Below, in pieces: positions 10,295-20,102 of a stretch of 64,000 nt of DNA. The number at the start of each line of letters is the position of its first letter. Positions within the stretch are counted from its first letter, which is position 1. The stretch covers positions 1,056,001 through 1,120,000 of the forward strand of contig CAXXLZ010000001.1 in NCBI GenBank assembly GCA_963675595.2, given 5' to 3'. The position numbers and the translations under genes are program-made. This stretch comes from Thermodesulfobacteriota bacterium (GTDB taxonomy: Bacteria; Desulfobacterota; Desulfarculia; JACQYL01). The notes beneath the pieces were generated by a model. That model was not told the DNA's origin. It was given only the letters and a program-made list of their open reading frames with translations, and did no database searches.

Positions 10295-12307
10295 TTAACT
10301 GCTCGTTGTTTCTCCGATTCCGATGGTGACTTCCCTCTTTCCTTTGGAACCGCCGTTCTTCTCCGATACGATGAGCCGGTCGGGTAGAATCTTGACGACT
10401 TTTCCGCCGGCGCTGCCGAGAGATTCTCGGAGTCCCACCACATACTCGTTCCGGCGGGGGTCCTGAACCAAGGCTTTAACCATGTTGCCTCTGGACATGA
10501 TCCCGACGAACCGGAATGCTTTCGCCTCAAGGCTGCGCAAGCCCGTATCCGGCATCACAAAGGAGCCTTTCGGGTCCAAGCGGGCCAAAGTGCGGGGGAA
10601 AGGTTTGAAAGGATCCCTCAGGTCACGGGGAGAAACGGCGTAAGGCTCGGGAATCCGTTCAAGGTCGGCATCGGGAGCCGGGGCGATCCAAACGAATCGG
10701 CCGCAACGAAGCTGTTGCAGGTTGCCGGCGTCGAGTATCCGTTCAAGCGCCTCATCCAGAGATTGCACCTCCATTTTCAAGGTGATCCGCCCTTGAACTT
10801 CCGGTGCGGCCACTAGTTGCAACCCGTTCAAACTGCCTACCATTCGAAGGGCGCTCCGAATTTCCGCGTCATGAAAGTCGAAGCTGACCGCACCATTGCG
10901 GTCGGCTTTGCGCACGGAAGTCGAGGGGGAGGGAACGCTTTTTTTCCGTTGAGACGCCGTATACGCGGCCACAACGGACTTGGTTTCCTTCTTCCGGGCG
11001 ACTGTTGCCGTTGGTGCCGGTTCGGCGGACTCGCGGCGAAGCTCGCGAGGGGGGCCTGCATGGACGGTTTCCGCAGTTGATAACCGCTGTTCGGGGGAAC
11101 TCTCTTTTGTCTCGTCACGGACTTTTTCGGCCAAGGTCGGAAGAACGGGAGCTTTTCCGAACTCAAAAGCGGTGTCCGGTTCGGCAAGGCTCGAGTCGAG
11201 GAGACTGATTTCCGTGGATGCTCTATCAAGGGAGGGTGACGAGAAAACCACAAACACTTCGCGGGGCTCCTCGCGGATTTCCGCGGGGGGAGTCAGCGCA
11301 CCTGCGAATTCGAATACAATGCGGGTCTTGTCCTCGTGTTTCCCGATTCTGACTTCCTTTAGACCACCTCGATTCAAAGCCAGGGTGTCCAGAGCCTTGG
11401 AAGGATGAACCCCGTATAGGTCCAGTACCAATCGGTCCGGGGCCGAAAGCTCGAACCGGTGGACCCGTTGAATGTCTTCTTTTGAATGAATTCGGAATTC
11501 GATGCGGTCCGAAAAAACCTTGTAGGAAGCCACCACGGATGAAGAATCTCCCAGCGCCCCGGATTCAATGGGGCTTTCGGGCCGCTTCAACTCTATGGGA
11601 GGCGCCGGCAAGGCCGGTGTGCTCTCCTCGGCGGCCGGCACGGCTTGCTCTGTTTCAACGGGGGGGGTCTCCACCGCACCTTGTCCGGGCTGGATCAAAA
11701 TTCGTTTGGAGAATCTTGCGTAAGGATCCGGAGTCGAGGCCGTCGGTTCCTCGGCCGTACCACTTTTGGATGCCGGCCCCTCGGTTTCAGGCTCGGGGAG
11801 TTCTTCCGCGACTTCGTCGGCACGGGCCTCGGGTCGTCCGATGGACTCACGGGCGGTTGCGGCAACCCCGACCGGCTTCAGAACGAACGTTAGTTGGTTG
11901 TCTCGGGTTGAGGCCTCGTATTCGGCGTCTTCGGTGAGCGCCGCCGTGAGCAGCACGTATTCTATTTCCGGAACTCCGGAAGACTTCACCGTAACGTTTC
12001 GGATCAAACCCGCTCCTGGAAGCTCGCGGTTCTTTAGAGACGGATCCAAAGCGGTGTGGGGAAATTCCACCAGGAGCCGTAACGGATCGAACAGTTTGTA
12101 GGCTGCGTATACGAGCTCGTGAGGGCTCTGGATCGTCAGCTTGGTCCCCTCGGAGTCCTCATGGACAGCGACGGCACCGACCATCGCAACGGGCTCCTGG
12201 GGTTGGCCCGGAGTTTCCTTCTTGACCGCTTTCCCGGATTCGCACGAGACGAAAACCGACGAGCAGAGAAAAACGATCAACACGAGGCAACACAGACGTC
12301 TGGTCAT
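10295..12307 (-). CDS. Lipoprotein: AMIN-AMIN-PilQ N0-PilP fusion with no secretin domain
   Basis: Lipobox-like VFVSC. Two AMIN repeats (DPLRLLVEF; APDRLVLDL...VRIGKH). N0-like VSFDFHDAEIRSALR...GRITLKM. C-terminal PilP-like RDPFKP...FVGI...ALVQDP...GKVVKILPDRLIVSE. Confidence 0.8.
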   Translation of the reverse strand: MTRRLCCLVLIVFLCSSVFVSCESGKAVKKETPGQPQEPVAMVGAVAVHEDSEGTKLTIQSPHELVYAAYKLFDPLRLLVEFPHTALDPSLKNRELPGAGLIRNVTVKSSGVPEIEYVLLTAALTEDAEYEASTRDNQLTFVLKPVGVAATARESIGRPEARADEVAEELPEPETEGPASKSGTAEEPTASTPDPYARFSKRILIQPGQGAVETPPVETEQAVPAAEESTPALPAPPIELKRPESPIESGALGDSSSVVASYKVFSDRIEFRIHSKEDIQRVHRFELSAPDRLVLDLYGVHPSKALDTLALNRGGLKEVRIGKHEDKTRIVFEFAGALTPPAEIREEPREVFVVFSSPSLDRASTEISLLDSSLAEPDTAFEFGKAPVLPTLAEKVRDETKESSPEQRLSTAETVHAGPPRELRRESAEPAPTATVARKKETKSVVAAYTASQRKKSVPSPSTSVRKADRNGAVSFDFHDAEIRSALRMVGSLNGLQLVAAPEVQGRITLKMEVQSLDEALERILDAGNLQQLRCGRFVWIAPAPDADLERIPEPYAVSPRDLRDPFKPFPRTLARLDPKGSFVMPDTGLRSLEAKAFRFVGIMSRGNMVKALVQDPRRNEYVVGLRESLGSAGGKVVKILPDRLIVSEKNGGSKGKREVTIGIGETTSS

Positions 12308-12337
12308 TTCTCGTTCTCTCGATCGTGGGTTGAGGGA

Positions 12338-13924
12338 TCAACGCACCGTTGGACTCAGCGGATCTCCGAGCTTGACGAATGCCGTTTTGCCCGTGGACGA
12401 TTCGATTAATTCGATACGATCCGGCAATATGCGGGCCACCTGCCATGAGCTTTGGGCAATGCGCGTCTTTCCGGATACAATGTAGGCGCGGTGCTCCGGA
12501 TCTTCCAACAGTGCTTTGCCCGCCGAGCCGCCGACCGCGATTCCTCTCAGTCTCAGATCGCCGATTTTCTGACTGGAAAAGGGCTTGGGAGCAACCCTGC
12601 GAGCTTCGCTCCACGTCGTCGGGGGCGGGCCGGCCGCCTGGATCACCTCTTCGAAAGCCTGATCCCAGGTCACGTCGTCGATACTGACCGATACCACACC
12701 CCGCAGGTTGGACCCGGCGACGATGTTCTTCTTGCTCATATCACTGATGAGGCCGAGGACGCCTTTCAAATCGGCTTCAAGGGTATTGAGAGAGAACACT
12801 TCCACGGCCCCCACCTCAGGCGCCGGGGGAAGCGACTCCGGCCGCTTTTTCAACGGTTGCGATTCGGCTTCCGCCGGTCCGGGAGACGGCTGGACCGGCG
12901 CGGGTCTATCCGTGAGCAAAGGCGGGGTCTCGAACTTCGGTTCCGGAGCCGGTTTGACTGCTTCCGGAGTTGGCGCGGGAGCGGGAGACACCGATTTAAG
13001 CTGTTGCGCGGGCTTCTTGAGAGGGGTTGCAGGCTTTTCCTGAGAGACCGGGAGAACATCCTTGTTGAGACGGAACAGCAGTCTCAGCTCATTGGAGTTC
13101 TTGTTCACTTCCGTTTCGGGCATGGAGCCCGGATTGAACTCGAATACCAGCCTAATCTTGTCGGGGTGGCTCCCCAGGCGCACCTGTCTGAGCTCAGGCC
13201 GATCCACAATCAGTGTTCGCGACGGACCGGTGGTCGAAACGCCGAATAGGTCAAACACCAGGCGCGGGGGAGATTCGAGGGTAAACCTGCTGATGCGGCT
13301 TAGTTCGCCTGCGGAGCGGACCAGGACGATGACCCTGTCCTCGTAGGATTCGAAGGAGACTTTGAGGGAGTCCGACTCTCCCACGGCACCTTTCCGGAGC
13401 GGCGGGTGCTCCACCGTCTTAGACACGAGGGGCTGGGAGATCGGCGCTTTTTCCTCGGGCAGGGCGGTCTCCTGAATGTGCATCGCTGGCCTCAGGGCAA
13501 ACGAAAGGCCTTGATCTGAAACCGAAGTCTCATAGACGACTTGCTGCTCAAGGACGAGGGTGATTCTGATGCCGCCTTCATCCGTGCCCACCAGCGGACC
13601 TACGTCGGCTCGCTCGACGAGCTTTCCTTCCATGTCAAGAACCGGAGGATCCGGTGTCCTTCTGGTTGCACCGGGAAGGTCCACCACGAATCGGGTCGGT
13701 GCGGACATGAGATAAGCTTTGAACAACAAGTTCGAATCGCCCTGCACGGTCAACCTCGCTACGTCTCCATCCTCTTTCACGGAGATCGTGCCGACCGTCC
13801 GGGCCTTCTCTGTGGGAAGCGCCGGAGAGGGGCCTTTGGCGGGGCCTGCGCAACTTCCACTAAAAACAACCGGAAGCAGCGCCAAGAGCACGGCAATAAC
13901 GCCTTTAGTCCGTCGAAAAACCAT
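12338..13924 (-). CDS. Paralogous lipoprotein: AMIN-AMIN-PilQ N0-PilP fusion with no secretin domain
   Basis: Start reassigned to ATG 13924 (MVFRRTKGVIAVLLALLPVVFSGSC lipobox). AMIN motifs APTRFVVDLP and SPPRLVFDL. N0-like ADLKGVL...NIVAG...DVTWDQAF. PilP-like DLRLRGI...ALLEDP...ILPDRIELIE. Confidence 0.8.
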   Translation of the reverse strand: MVFRRTKGVIAVLLALLPVVFSGSCAGPAKGPSPALPTEKARTVGTISVKEDGDVARLTVQGDSNLLFKAYLMSAPTRFVVDLPGATRRTPDPPVLDMEGKLVERADVGPLVGTDEGGIRITLVLEQQVVYETSVSDQGLSFALRPAMHIQETALPEEKAPISQPLVSKTVEHPPLRKGAVGESDSLKVSFESYEDRVIVLVRSAGELSRISRFTLESPPRLVFDLFGVSTTGPSRTLIVDRPELRQVRLGSHPDKIRLVFEFNPGSMPETEVNKNSNELRLLFRLNKDVLPVSQEKPATPLKKPAQQLKSVSPAPAPTPEAVKPAPEPKFETPPLLTDRPAPVQPSPGPAEAESQPLKKRPESLPPAPEVGAVEVFSLNTLEADLKGVLGLISDMSKKNIVAGSNLRGVVSVSIDDVTWDQAFEEVIQAAGPPPTTWSEARRVAPKPFSSQKIGDLRLRGIAVGGSAGKALLEDPEHRAYIVSGKTRIAQSSWQVARILPDRIELIESSTGKTAFVKLGDPLSPTVR

Positions 13925-13946
13925 AAAAACAGGTCGCCTCACGAGT

Positions 13947-14519
13947 CTACTCGGATACCGAGCCGTAGGTTCGGATGGAGAAGTCTCCTTCAAGAACCAC
14001 CGAGGTTCCGGATATTTCATGTGGTTCCAACACCAGCCGGTCAAACTCCAGGATTTTTTCAAGACGATCCACAGCCGAAAAGAACTCGGAAAACTGGACG
14101 TATGTTCCCAAGGCCCTGACATGAATCGGTGTCTCCATGAAGTCCTCAAGCTCGGTTTGCGCGCCGATGTCGAAGGATACAAAGCGGATCCCGGATGCAT
14201 TCGCCGCTTCCGTGAGTCCCCTGGCGACCGCCATTGTGCCTCCCGTTCCCGGCAGCAGGACACGCAGTTTTTCAAATTCCTTGCGCGCTTGCTCTATTTC
14301 CAGGCCAACGTTCCGGAACTCCTCTTCCATAGCTTTGAGGTCGGTGTTGGCTTGTTCGAGGCTTCCGATCTCCTCGGATAACTTTCGTGATTCTTCTCGG
14401 TGGATCTGAAAAAAGACGAAATAGAAGAGTGCCGCCACGGCGAGAAGAGAGCACACCCACACCAGCAGAACCAGGGCGGAAGCCCCATTCTCGGCCCGTG
14501 ATCCGAATGTGCGTCTCAT
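13947..14519 (-). CDS. pilO: Type IV pilus assembly protein PilO
   Basis: N-terminal TM helix, coiled coil, LP motif and ETPIHVRALGTYVQFSEFFSAVDRLEKI. Follows pilN. Confidence 0.82.
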   Translation of the reverse strand: MRRTFGSRAENGASALVLLVWVCSLLAVAALFYFVFFQIHREESRKLSEEIGSLEQANTDLKAMEEEFRNVGLEIEQARKEFEKLRVLLPGTGGTMAVARGLTEAANASGIRFVSFDIGAQTELEDFMETPIHVRALGTYVQFSEFFSAVDRLEKILEFDRLVLEPHEISGTSVVLEGDFSIRTYGSVSE

Positions 14520-15166
14520 ACGCGGTCTTTCAGCGAGAAAGTGATCTGAAATTCCATTCCGTCTTCCGAAGATGCTTTTGCAGTCGGCGAGCCGGACGCT
14601 GTTTCTTCTTTGGATCCTTTCTTCTTCGAATCTTCATCGGCGTCAGGACCCGGACTCTGAAGATCTTTCCATTGTGAAGGCACCAGCCCTCTCTCCGTGG
14701 AAACAAGGGCCACCGACCCGAAGTGGGGAGATTCGCCCAAGCGTTGCAGATACTCGTCCACGACCTTCCGGTCCGTAGCTACCCCATTTATTACCACCTT
14801 ACCCCCCTGCATTTCCAGGCGAGACAAGAATATCTTATCCGGAATCAGGGCCTTGCTCAACTGATCAAGGAGCAGAATGGGCGCGCTTTTCTTGTGAGCC
14901 AAGTTGACAATGAAGTCGATTTTTCGATGAATATCGGTGTTTTCTTTGCGCATTGCATCCAAGGCACCGGCCGAATAGACGAGTTCCCTGTTTTCGGCCT
15001 GCTTTTCCGCCCGGGCGCGCCTGAGGCGATCGAGATTTTCAGTGCGTTGGTAGTAGATGTAGAAGCAGAGGGAGAGGGCCAGAAGCATGATCGCGGCATA
15101 GACCCAGCCATGGCCGAGTACGCCGCCTTTCTCCCATCGATTGGGCGAGAGGTTGATCCGGATCAC
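14516..15166 (-). CDS. pilN: Type IV pilus assembly protein PilN
   Basis: MIRINLSP (INLLP-like) PilM-binding N-terminus, TM helix, coiled coil and a PilN-type C-terminal domain. Confidence 0.87.
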   Translation of the reverse strand: MIRINLSPNRWEKGGVLGHGWVYAAIMLLALSLCFYIYYQRTENLDRLRRARAEKQAENRELVYSAGALDAMRKENTDIHRKIDFIVNLAHKKSAPILLLDQLSKALIPDKIFLSRLEMQGGKVVINGVATDRKVVDEYLQRLGESPHFGSVALVSTERGLVPSQWKDLQSPGPDADEDSKKKGSKEETASGSPTAKASSEDGMEFQITFSLKDRV

Positions 15167-16224
15167 TGAACTCCTCGCTTTCTCAGTGCGAGCCCAACAC
15201 CGACGCCGGCAAGGGAACCGGATTCGGTTAGGTAATCGGGATCGAACTTGGCCGAGGGGGCCTCCATACCGGCGAACGGGTTGAATATACCCACCTCGAT
15301 ACCGATTTTGTCCTGTAGGTAGGGTGCGAGCCCCATAATCCGTGCGCCGCCGCCGGCCAAGCCGATTTCACGGACACGAACGCCGTCGTGGGTTCGTTCG
15401 ACCAAGTCCGTCAGCCCACGGATTTGCGCAGACCACTGATCCGCGGTATCGAAAATGATTTCCCTGACTTTCTCAAAGACGTCGTGCGTAACCGCCATGC
15501 CCAGTTTTATCCGTTCAGCTTCCGCGTCGTCAACTTTCAAACACTCTTTGATCCGCAGATCGATCTCTGTTCCGCCGGGCGAGAGCTCTTTAACTAGAAG
15601 GGACTTGCCCTGGTGGACAACGTTGACATGGATGCGTTCCGCCCCTAAATCAGCCAACATGACCGGAGTGGTATGATTCGGCGAGGTGGCTTCGTAAGCG
15701 TTTTGCAGCGCCAGAGGGCCGGCGTCGATAACCTTGGCCGATATTTTCGCCTTGGCCGCCAAATCAAGCAGCGCCTGGACATGGACCGCTTTGGCCGCCA
15801 CAAAGAGAACTTCGGCTTTGTCTCCTTTTTTCCGTGGAGGCGCGATCATTTGGGCGTCCGTAATCAATTCGTTCAGGTCGAGGGATAACCTGTCCTCCGC
15901 CTCCTTCTGCACCGCCTTGGCAAAATCCTTGTCTCCGGCGTATCTCAGGGAGATATGTTCGACGAATAGGGGAAGTTCCGAGGACGCCACGGCGAATTCC
16001 CGGGACGTGATGCGAAGATTCTTGAGGAGGGCGCGAATTTGATGGGCCAGGAAGTCTCGGTCTTCTTCGTCTTCCAGGTAGGCTTGTCTTCGGGGAAGCC
16101 GTAACATGCCGAAATCGAGGAGCTTCGGCTTACCACGACCCGGCTTGACCCTACAGACCTTGAGAATGCGGGCTCCGATATCCAAGCCGATGAGAGGCTT
16201 TTCGGCACCGAAGAATCCCATCAT
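15163..16224 (-). CDS. pilM: Type IV pilus assembly protein PilM (actin-like)
   Basis: IGLDIG..LKV, ADLGA, AERIK, LAGGGA, FNPF and VGVGLALR. Confidence 0.92.
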   Translation of the reverse strand: MMGFFGAEKPLIGLDIGARILKVCRVKPGRGKPKLLDFGMLRLPRRQAYLEDEEDRDFLAHQIRALLKNLRITSREFAVASSELPLFVEHISLRYAGDKDFAKAVQKEAEDRLSLDLNELITDAQMIAPPRKKGDKAEVLFVAAKAVHVQALLDLAAKAKISAKVIDAGPLALQNAYEATSPNHTTPVMLADLGAERIHVNVVHQGKSLLVKELSPGGTEIDLRIKECLKVDDAEAERIKLGMAVTHDVFEKVREIIFDTADQWSAQIRGLTDLVERTHDGVRVREIGLAGGGARIMGLAPYLQDKIGIEVGIFNPFAGMEAPSAKFDPDYLTESGSLAGVGVGLALRKRGVQ

Positions 16225-16227
16225 GAA

Positions 16228-16428
16228 TTAGTCGCTTCCAAAAACTTGATCGTGATCTGCCAGGTCAAAGCCGAGCGCCAAAAGGACCTTCCTCTTGGTT
16301 TCCATTCGACAGTTGAAACCCTTTTCGATTCGATCGATGGTGATGGGGGAAACACCGGCTTTCCGCGCGAGTTCAGCCTTGCTCATGAGCAAACGCTCAC
16401 GGGCCGCTTTGACCCTGTTCAGGGGCAT
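16228..16428 (-). CDS. Small XRE-family HTH protein heading the pilMNO operon
   Basis: HTH sequence MSKAELARKAGVSPITIDRIEKG. Ends 3 nt before pilM. Confidence 0.88.
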   Translation of the reverse strand: MPLNRVKAARERLLMSKAELARKAGVSPITIDRIEKGFNCRMETKRKVLLALGFDLADHDQVFGSD

Positions 16429-16657
16429 GGTCGGTCCCTCCACAGCCGTCAATTGAAATGTTTTATGCTCTATTACCGTCTCTTCAAACTATTTTGTCAA
16501 GTTTTTTCATAACTGTGCATAAATTAGCATAAATTTTGTATGCGCCGGACCGGACTTTTTCCGGACTTTTTCCGCTTGCGTTACCCTTGCGAGGTTACTA
16601 AAATGCGCTTCACCCCAATGGGGAATCTCATAACAAGGAAGAGAGAATCCGCAAGGA

Positions 16658-17302
16658 ATGAGTAGTGCCAACACAAAAGCCGCCGTCGACTCCGAATCCT
16701 CCCCAAGGAAAAGCTCCACCCGGGAATATACCGAAGCGATCATCACGGCGATCATACTTGCTTTGATTGTCCGGACTTTCGTGGTCCAGGCTTTCAAGAT
16801 TCCCTCCGGGTCCATGATCCCCACGCTCATTGTCGGGGATCACATCCTGGTTAACAAATTCCGCTACGATATTAAGATTCCTTTTCTGAACAAGCCCTTG
16901 TTTCGAATATCGGACGAGCAGAGGGGCGACGTGGTGGTCTTCATCTTCCCTGTGGATCCCTCCAAAGACTTCATCAAGCGGATCATCGGCTTGCCGGGGG
17001 ATCGAATCCAGGTAATCGACAAGAAGCTTTACGTGAACGACAAGCCTGTTCCCGATATTCACGCGGTGCACATGGACAACAAAACCTCGAAAGAAGGCCA
17101 GAGGGATTATTTCGGACCGGTAACGGTCCCTGAAAACTCCTATTTTGTGATGGGGGACAACCGGGATTCCAGTTGGGACAGCCGAGTGTGGGGATTCGTA
17201 AAGGCGGACGCCATACGAGGCAAGGCCTTTCTGATCTATGGTTGCTGGAATCTGAGCGACTTCGAGATCAATTTCTCCCGATTTTTCAAGACGATCAATT
17301 GA
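16658..17302 (+). CDS. lepB: Signal peptidase I
   Basis: IPSGSMIPTL (Ser), FIKRIIGLPGD (Lys) and MGDNRDSSWDSR. Confidence 0.97.
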   Translation: MSSANTKAAVDSESSPRKSSTREYTEAIITAIILALIVRTFVVQAFKIPSGSMIPTLIVGDHILVNKFRYDIKIPFLNKPLFRISDEQRGDVVVFIFPVDPSKDFIKRIIGLPGDRIQVIDKKLYVNDKPVPDIHAVHMDNKTSKEGQRDYFGPVTVPENSYFVMGDNRDSSWDSRVWGFVKADAIRGKAFLIYGCWNLSDFEINFSRFFKTIN

Positions 17303-17439
17303 ACAATCCCCGGTTTCGCCTACGGCGCGTCCATGTCGGCGACCTGCCGGGCCGATCTGCTGAAGACACTTCAACGAGGAATGGTTTGTTTAGGCCGACG
17401 GCAAGGCGCCTCCAACGAACCGGTAAGCGGAGAGGGGAG

Positions 17440-17502
17440 ATGCTTCGAGGAGTTCGGCTTCGCTTCAACAGCTTTCAGGAGCCCACCACTACGGGTTCAT
17501 GA
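17440..17502 (+). CDS. Putative pyrB leader peptide (20 aa, [20 protein letters not shown])
   Basis: GGAGAGGGGAG SD. The stop codon sits 2 nt before the terminator stem. Not called as a separate ORF in the track. Confidence 0.45.
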   Translation: MLRGVRLRFNSFQEPTTTGS

Positions 17503-17504
17503 CC

Positions 17505-17536
17505 GCCCCCCTTGCTTTCAATGGGGGCTTTTTTTT
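17505..17536 (+). terminator. Intrinsic terminator / attenuator just upstream of pyrB
   Basis: GCCCCC-loop-GGGGGC followed by T8. Confidence 0.75.
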
Positions 17537-17549
17537 GACAAGGGCGACA

Positions 17550-18479
17550 ATGACCTTCTTAGGCAAAGACCATCTTCTCGGAATGGCCGAGGCTTCGCGG
17601 GAGGAGATCGAAATCATCCTCAGGACCGCCGAGAGTCTCAAAGAGATTTCAAGCCGTGACATCAAAAAGGTTCCGACGCTCCGAGGGAAGACGGTCATTC
17701 ACTTCTTCTGCGAACCCAGCACCAGGACCCGCATGTCCTTTGAAATCGCCGCCAAGAGACTAAGCGCGGATACCATCAACCTTTCGGCTTCCACCAGTAG
17801 TCTTACCAAAGGCGAAACCCTCATCGACACGGTGCGTAACCTCCAAGCGATGAATCCCGACGTGCTGGTGTTGCGCCATCCCATGAGTGGAGCGCCCCAT
17901 TTTGTGGCGCGAAACGTGCAGGCTTCCGTGGTAAACGCCGGAGACGGCCGGCACGAACATCCGACCCAGGCTCTACTGGACATGATGACGGTTTCCGAAA
18001 AGAAGGGGCGGTTGGACGGGCTCAAGATTTCCATCGTGGGCGACATTGCCAACAGCCGTGTAGCGCGGTCCAATATTCTGGGATTTACCGCCATGGGATC
18101 CCAGGTCACCTTGGCGGGACCGCCGACCATGATGCCCATATACGCGGAGCGCTTGGGCGCCAAAGTGACTCATGACCTGGACGAGGCCGTTGAGGATGCG
18201 GATGTGATCATGGTGCTCCGGATTCAACTCGAAAGACAGGCGGAATCCCTGTTCCCCTCGACTCGCGAATACGCGCGCCACTTTGGATTGAACACGAAAC
18301 GCCTGAAGAAAGCCAAGAAGGACGTCATTATCATGCACCCGGGACCCATCAACCGGGGTGTGGAAATCGCACCGGAAGTGGCGGACGGCCCCTATTCGGT
18401 GATTCTGGACCAGGTAACCAACGGAGTCGCGGTGCGTATGGCGGTTCTGTACTTGTTGTTGGGAGGAAAAGAGGCGTGA
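17550..18479 (+). CDS. pyrB: Aspartate carbamoyltransferase catalytic subunit
   Basis: [33 protein letters not shown] and HPGPINRG. Start moved to ATG 17550, downstream of the terminator. Confidence 0.97.
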   Translation: MTFLGKDHLLGMAEASREEIEIILRTAESLKEISSRDIKKVPTLRGKTVIHFFCEPSTRTRMSFEIAAKRLSADTINLSASTSSLTKGETLIDTVRNLQAMNPDVLVLRHPMSGAPHFVARNVQASVVNAGDGRHEHPTQALLDMMTVSEKKGRLDGLKISIVGDIANSRVARSNILGFTAMGSQVTLAGPPTMMPIYAERLGAKVTHDLDEAVEDADVIMVLRIQLERQAESLFPSTREYARHFGLNTKRLKKAKKDVIIMHPGPINRGVEIAPEVADGPYSVILDQVTNGVAVRMAVLYLLLGGKEA

Positions 18480-19783
18480 AATGGGTGCTGAAAGGCGGCA
18501 CGCTGGTCCATCCGGAGTCTCAAAGGATGGAACGAGCGGACCTCTTGATCTCCGATGGCCAAGTGGAGGCGTTTCTCTCTCTCGAAGAATCAACAACTAT
18601 TGAAAGGGAAGGCCTACTTCGTGTCGTTTCGGCGGAAAACCGGATCGTAACACCGGGACTCGTGGACATGCACGTGCATCTTCGAGAGCCGGGAGAGGAG
18701 TACAAGGAAACCATCTTTTCCGGCACAAAGGCTGCCGCTGCGGGAGGATTCACTGCAGTGGCCTGCATGCCCAACACCCTGCCGGTAAACGACACCCGTT
18801 CGGTGTCGGAATTCATTCTGAAGCAGGCAAAGGCTGCGGGATTCGCTCGTGTGTATCCCGTGGCTTCTATAAGTAAAGGTTCCTTGGGAGAGGAACTGGC
18901 GGAATTCGGAGAACTGGCGGAGTCCGGAGCCGCCGCTTTCAGCGATGACGGAAAGCCGGTCTGCAATGCCCTGCTTATGCGGCGCGCGCTGGAATATTCT
19001 CGGACTTTCGGAAAACCCATCATCTCCCATCCGGAAGAACTGCAGATCAGCCGAGGGGGCTGCATGCACGAGGGGGAAGTCTCCACCCGTCTGGGCCTCA
19101 AGGGGATCCCCTCGGAGGCGGAAGAGATCATGGTCCACCGGGATATCGCTCTGGCTCGCCTGACGGAAGGCCGACTGCACTTGGCCCACGTGAGTACGGC
19201 CGGCTCGGTTGAACTTATCCGAAGGGCCAAAGAGGAAGGAATCCAAGTCACGGCGGAAACCGCACCTCATTATTTCTCCCTGACCCACGAGGCTGTTGAA
19301 GGATACGACACCCGAGCCAAAATGAATCCTCCGTTGCGCACCGCCCGGGATGTGCAGGCCGTCCGTGACGGGCTCCGAGAAGGAGTACTGGATGCGGTGG
19401 CCAGTGATCATGCACCCCATTCCAGTCTGGAAAAGGATGTGGAGTTCGAGCGTGCGGCCAACGGGATCATCGGCCTCGAAACCGCTTTGGGGCTGACCCT
19501 CTCCCTGGTGGATCAAGGCGTCTTGACTCTTTTTCAAGCGATTCGCAGCCTTTCCACGAACCCGGCACGTATTCTTGGAATCCAACAAGGGGAAATTCGA
19601 CCCGGCTGCAAGGCGGATTTGACGATCATTGACCCCGACGTCACCTATGTGGTTGATTCCTCGTCATTTTATTCCCTTAGTCGAAACACGCCCTTTGACG
19701 GGATGCGATTGAAGGGCAGGGCCGTTATGACCGTCCTGGACGGCGTTCCGGTTGACCTTTCCCGGGAATCCGCCGATTTTTGA
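18476..19783 (+). CDS. pyrC: Dihydroorotase (type I)
   Basis: [21 protein letters not shown] and ASDHAPH. GTGA overlap with pyrB. Confidence 0.96.
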   Translation: MKWVLKGGTLVHPESQRMERADLLISDGQVEAFLSLEESTTIEREGLLRVVSAENRIVTPGLVDMHVHLREPGEEYKETIFSGTKAAAAGGFTAVACMPNTLPVNDTRSVSEFILKQAKAAGFARVYPVASISKGSLGEELAEFGELAESGAAAFSDDGKPVCNALLMRRALEYSRTFGKPIISHPEELQISRGGCMHEGEVSTRLGLKGIPSEAEEIMVHRDIALARLTEGRLHLAHVSTAGSVELIRRAKEEGIQVTAETAPHYFSLTHEAVEGYDTRAKMNPPLRTARDVQAVRDGLREGVLDAVASDHAPHSSLEKDVEFERAANGIIGLETALGLTLSLVDQGVLTLFQAIRSLSTNPARILGIQQGEIRPGCKADLTIIDPDVTYVVDSSSFYSLSRNTPFDGMRLKGRAVMTVLDGVPVDLSRESADF

Positions 19784-19985
19784 TTTGCGGACCCTGAAGA
19801 ATGCCGCGTAGGACCGAGACGACCAATCAGGGTCTCCGCCGCAGGACCGAGAACGGTCTGTGCTCCCTTCCCTTGGGCGATGAGTTTTCCAGCCGAAGCC
19901 TCAGGCTCCCGACGCCCATCCCCGACCGCCGTCACCGAATGATCGGCGGGTCTCAAAAGAAATGATTGGTGAACGGAAAAAATGA

Positions 19986-20031
19986 TTGACAAAAAATCGC
20001 ATCCGAATATAGGATAAAAAGTGTCTTATAT
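19986..20031 (+). promoter_or_regulatory. cydAB promoter with an overlapping inverted repeat
   Basis: TTGACA at 19986. Imperfect dyad ATATAGGATA-N5-TGTCTTATAT (20007-20031) covers the -10 region. Confidence 0.5.
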
Positions 20032-20102
20032 ATCGTTTATCGCGGCTTCGCCGCTCCGGCAAAGGGTTCTCAACCCTTAACTCCAACCAACAGGGGGAAT
20101 TC

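Noticed and set aside
13925-14275. N-terminal extension of the 645-aa AMIN ORF
   Set aside because: It overlaps pilO, and the lipoprotein signal starts at ATG 13924.
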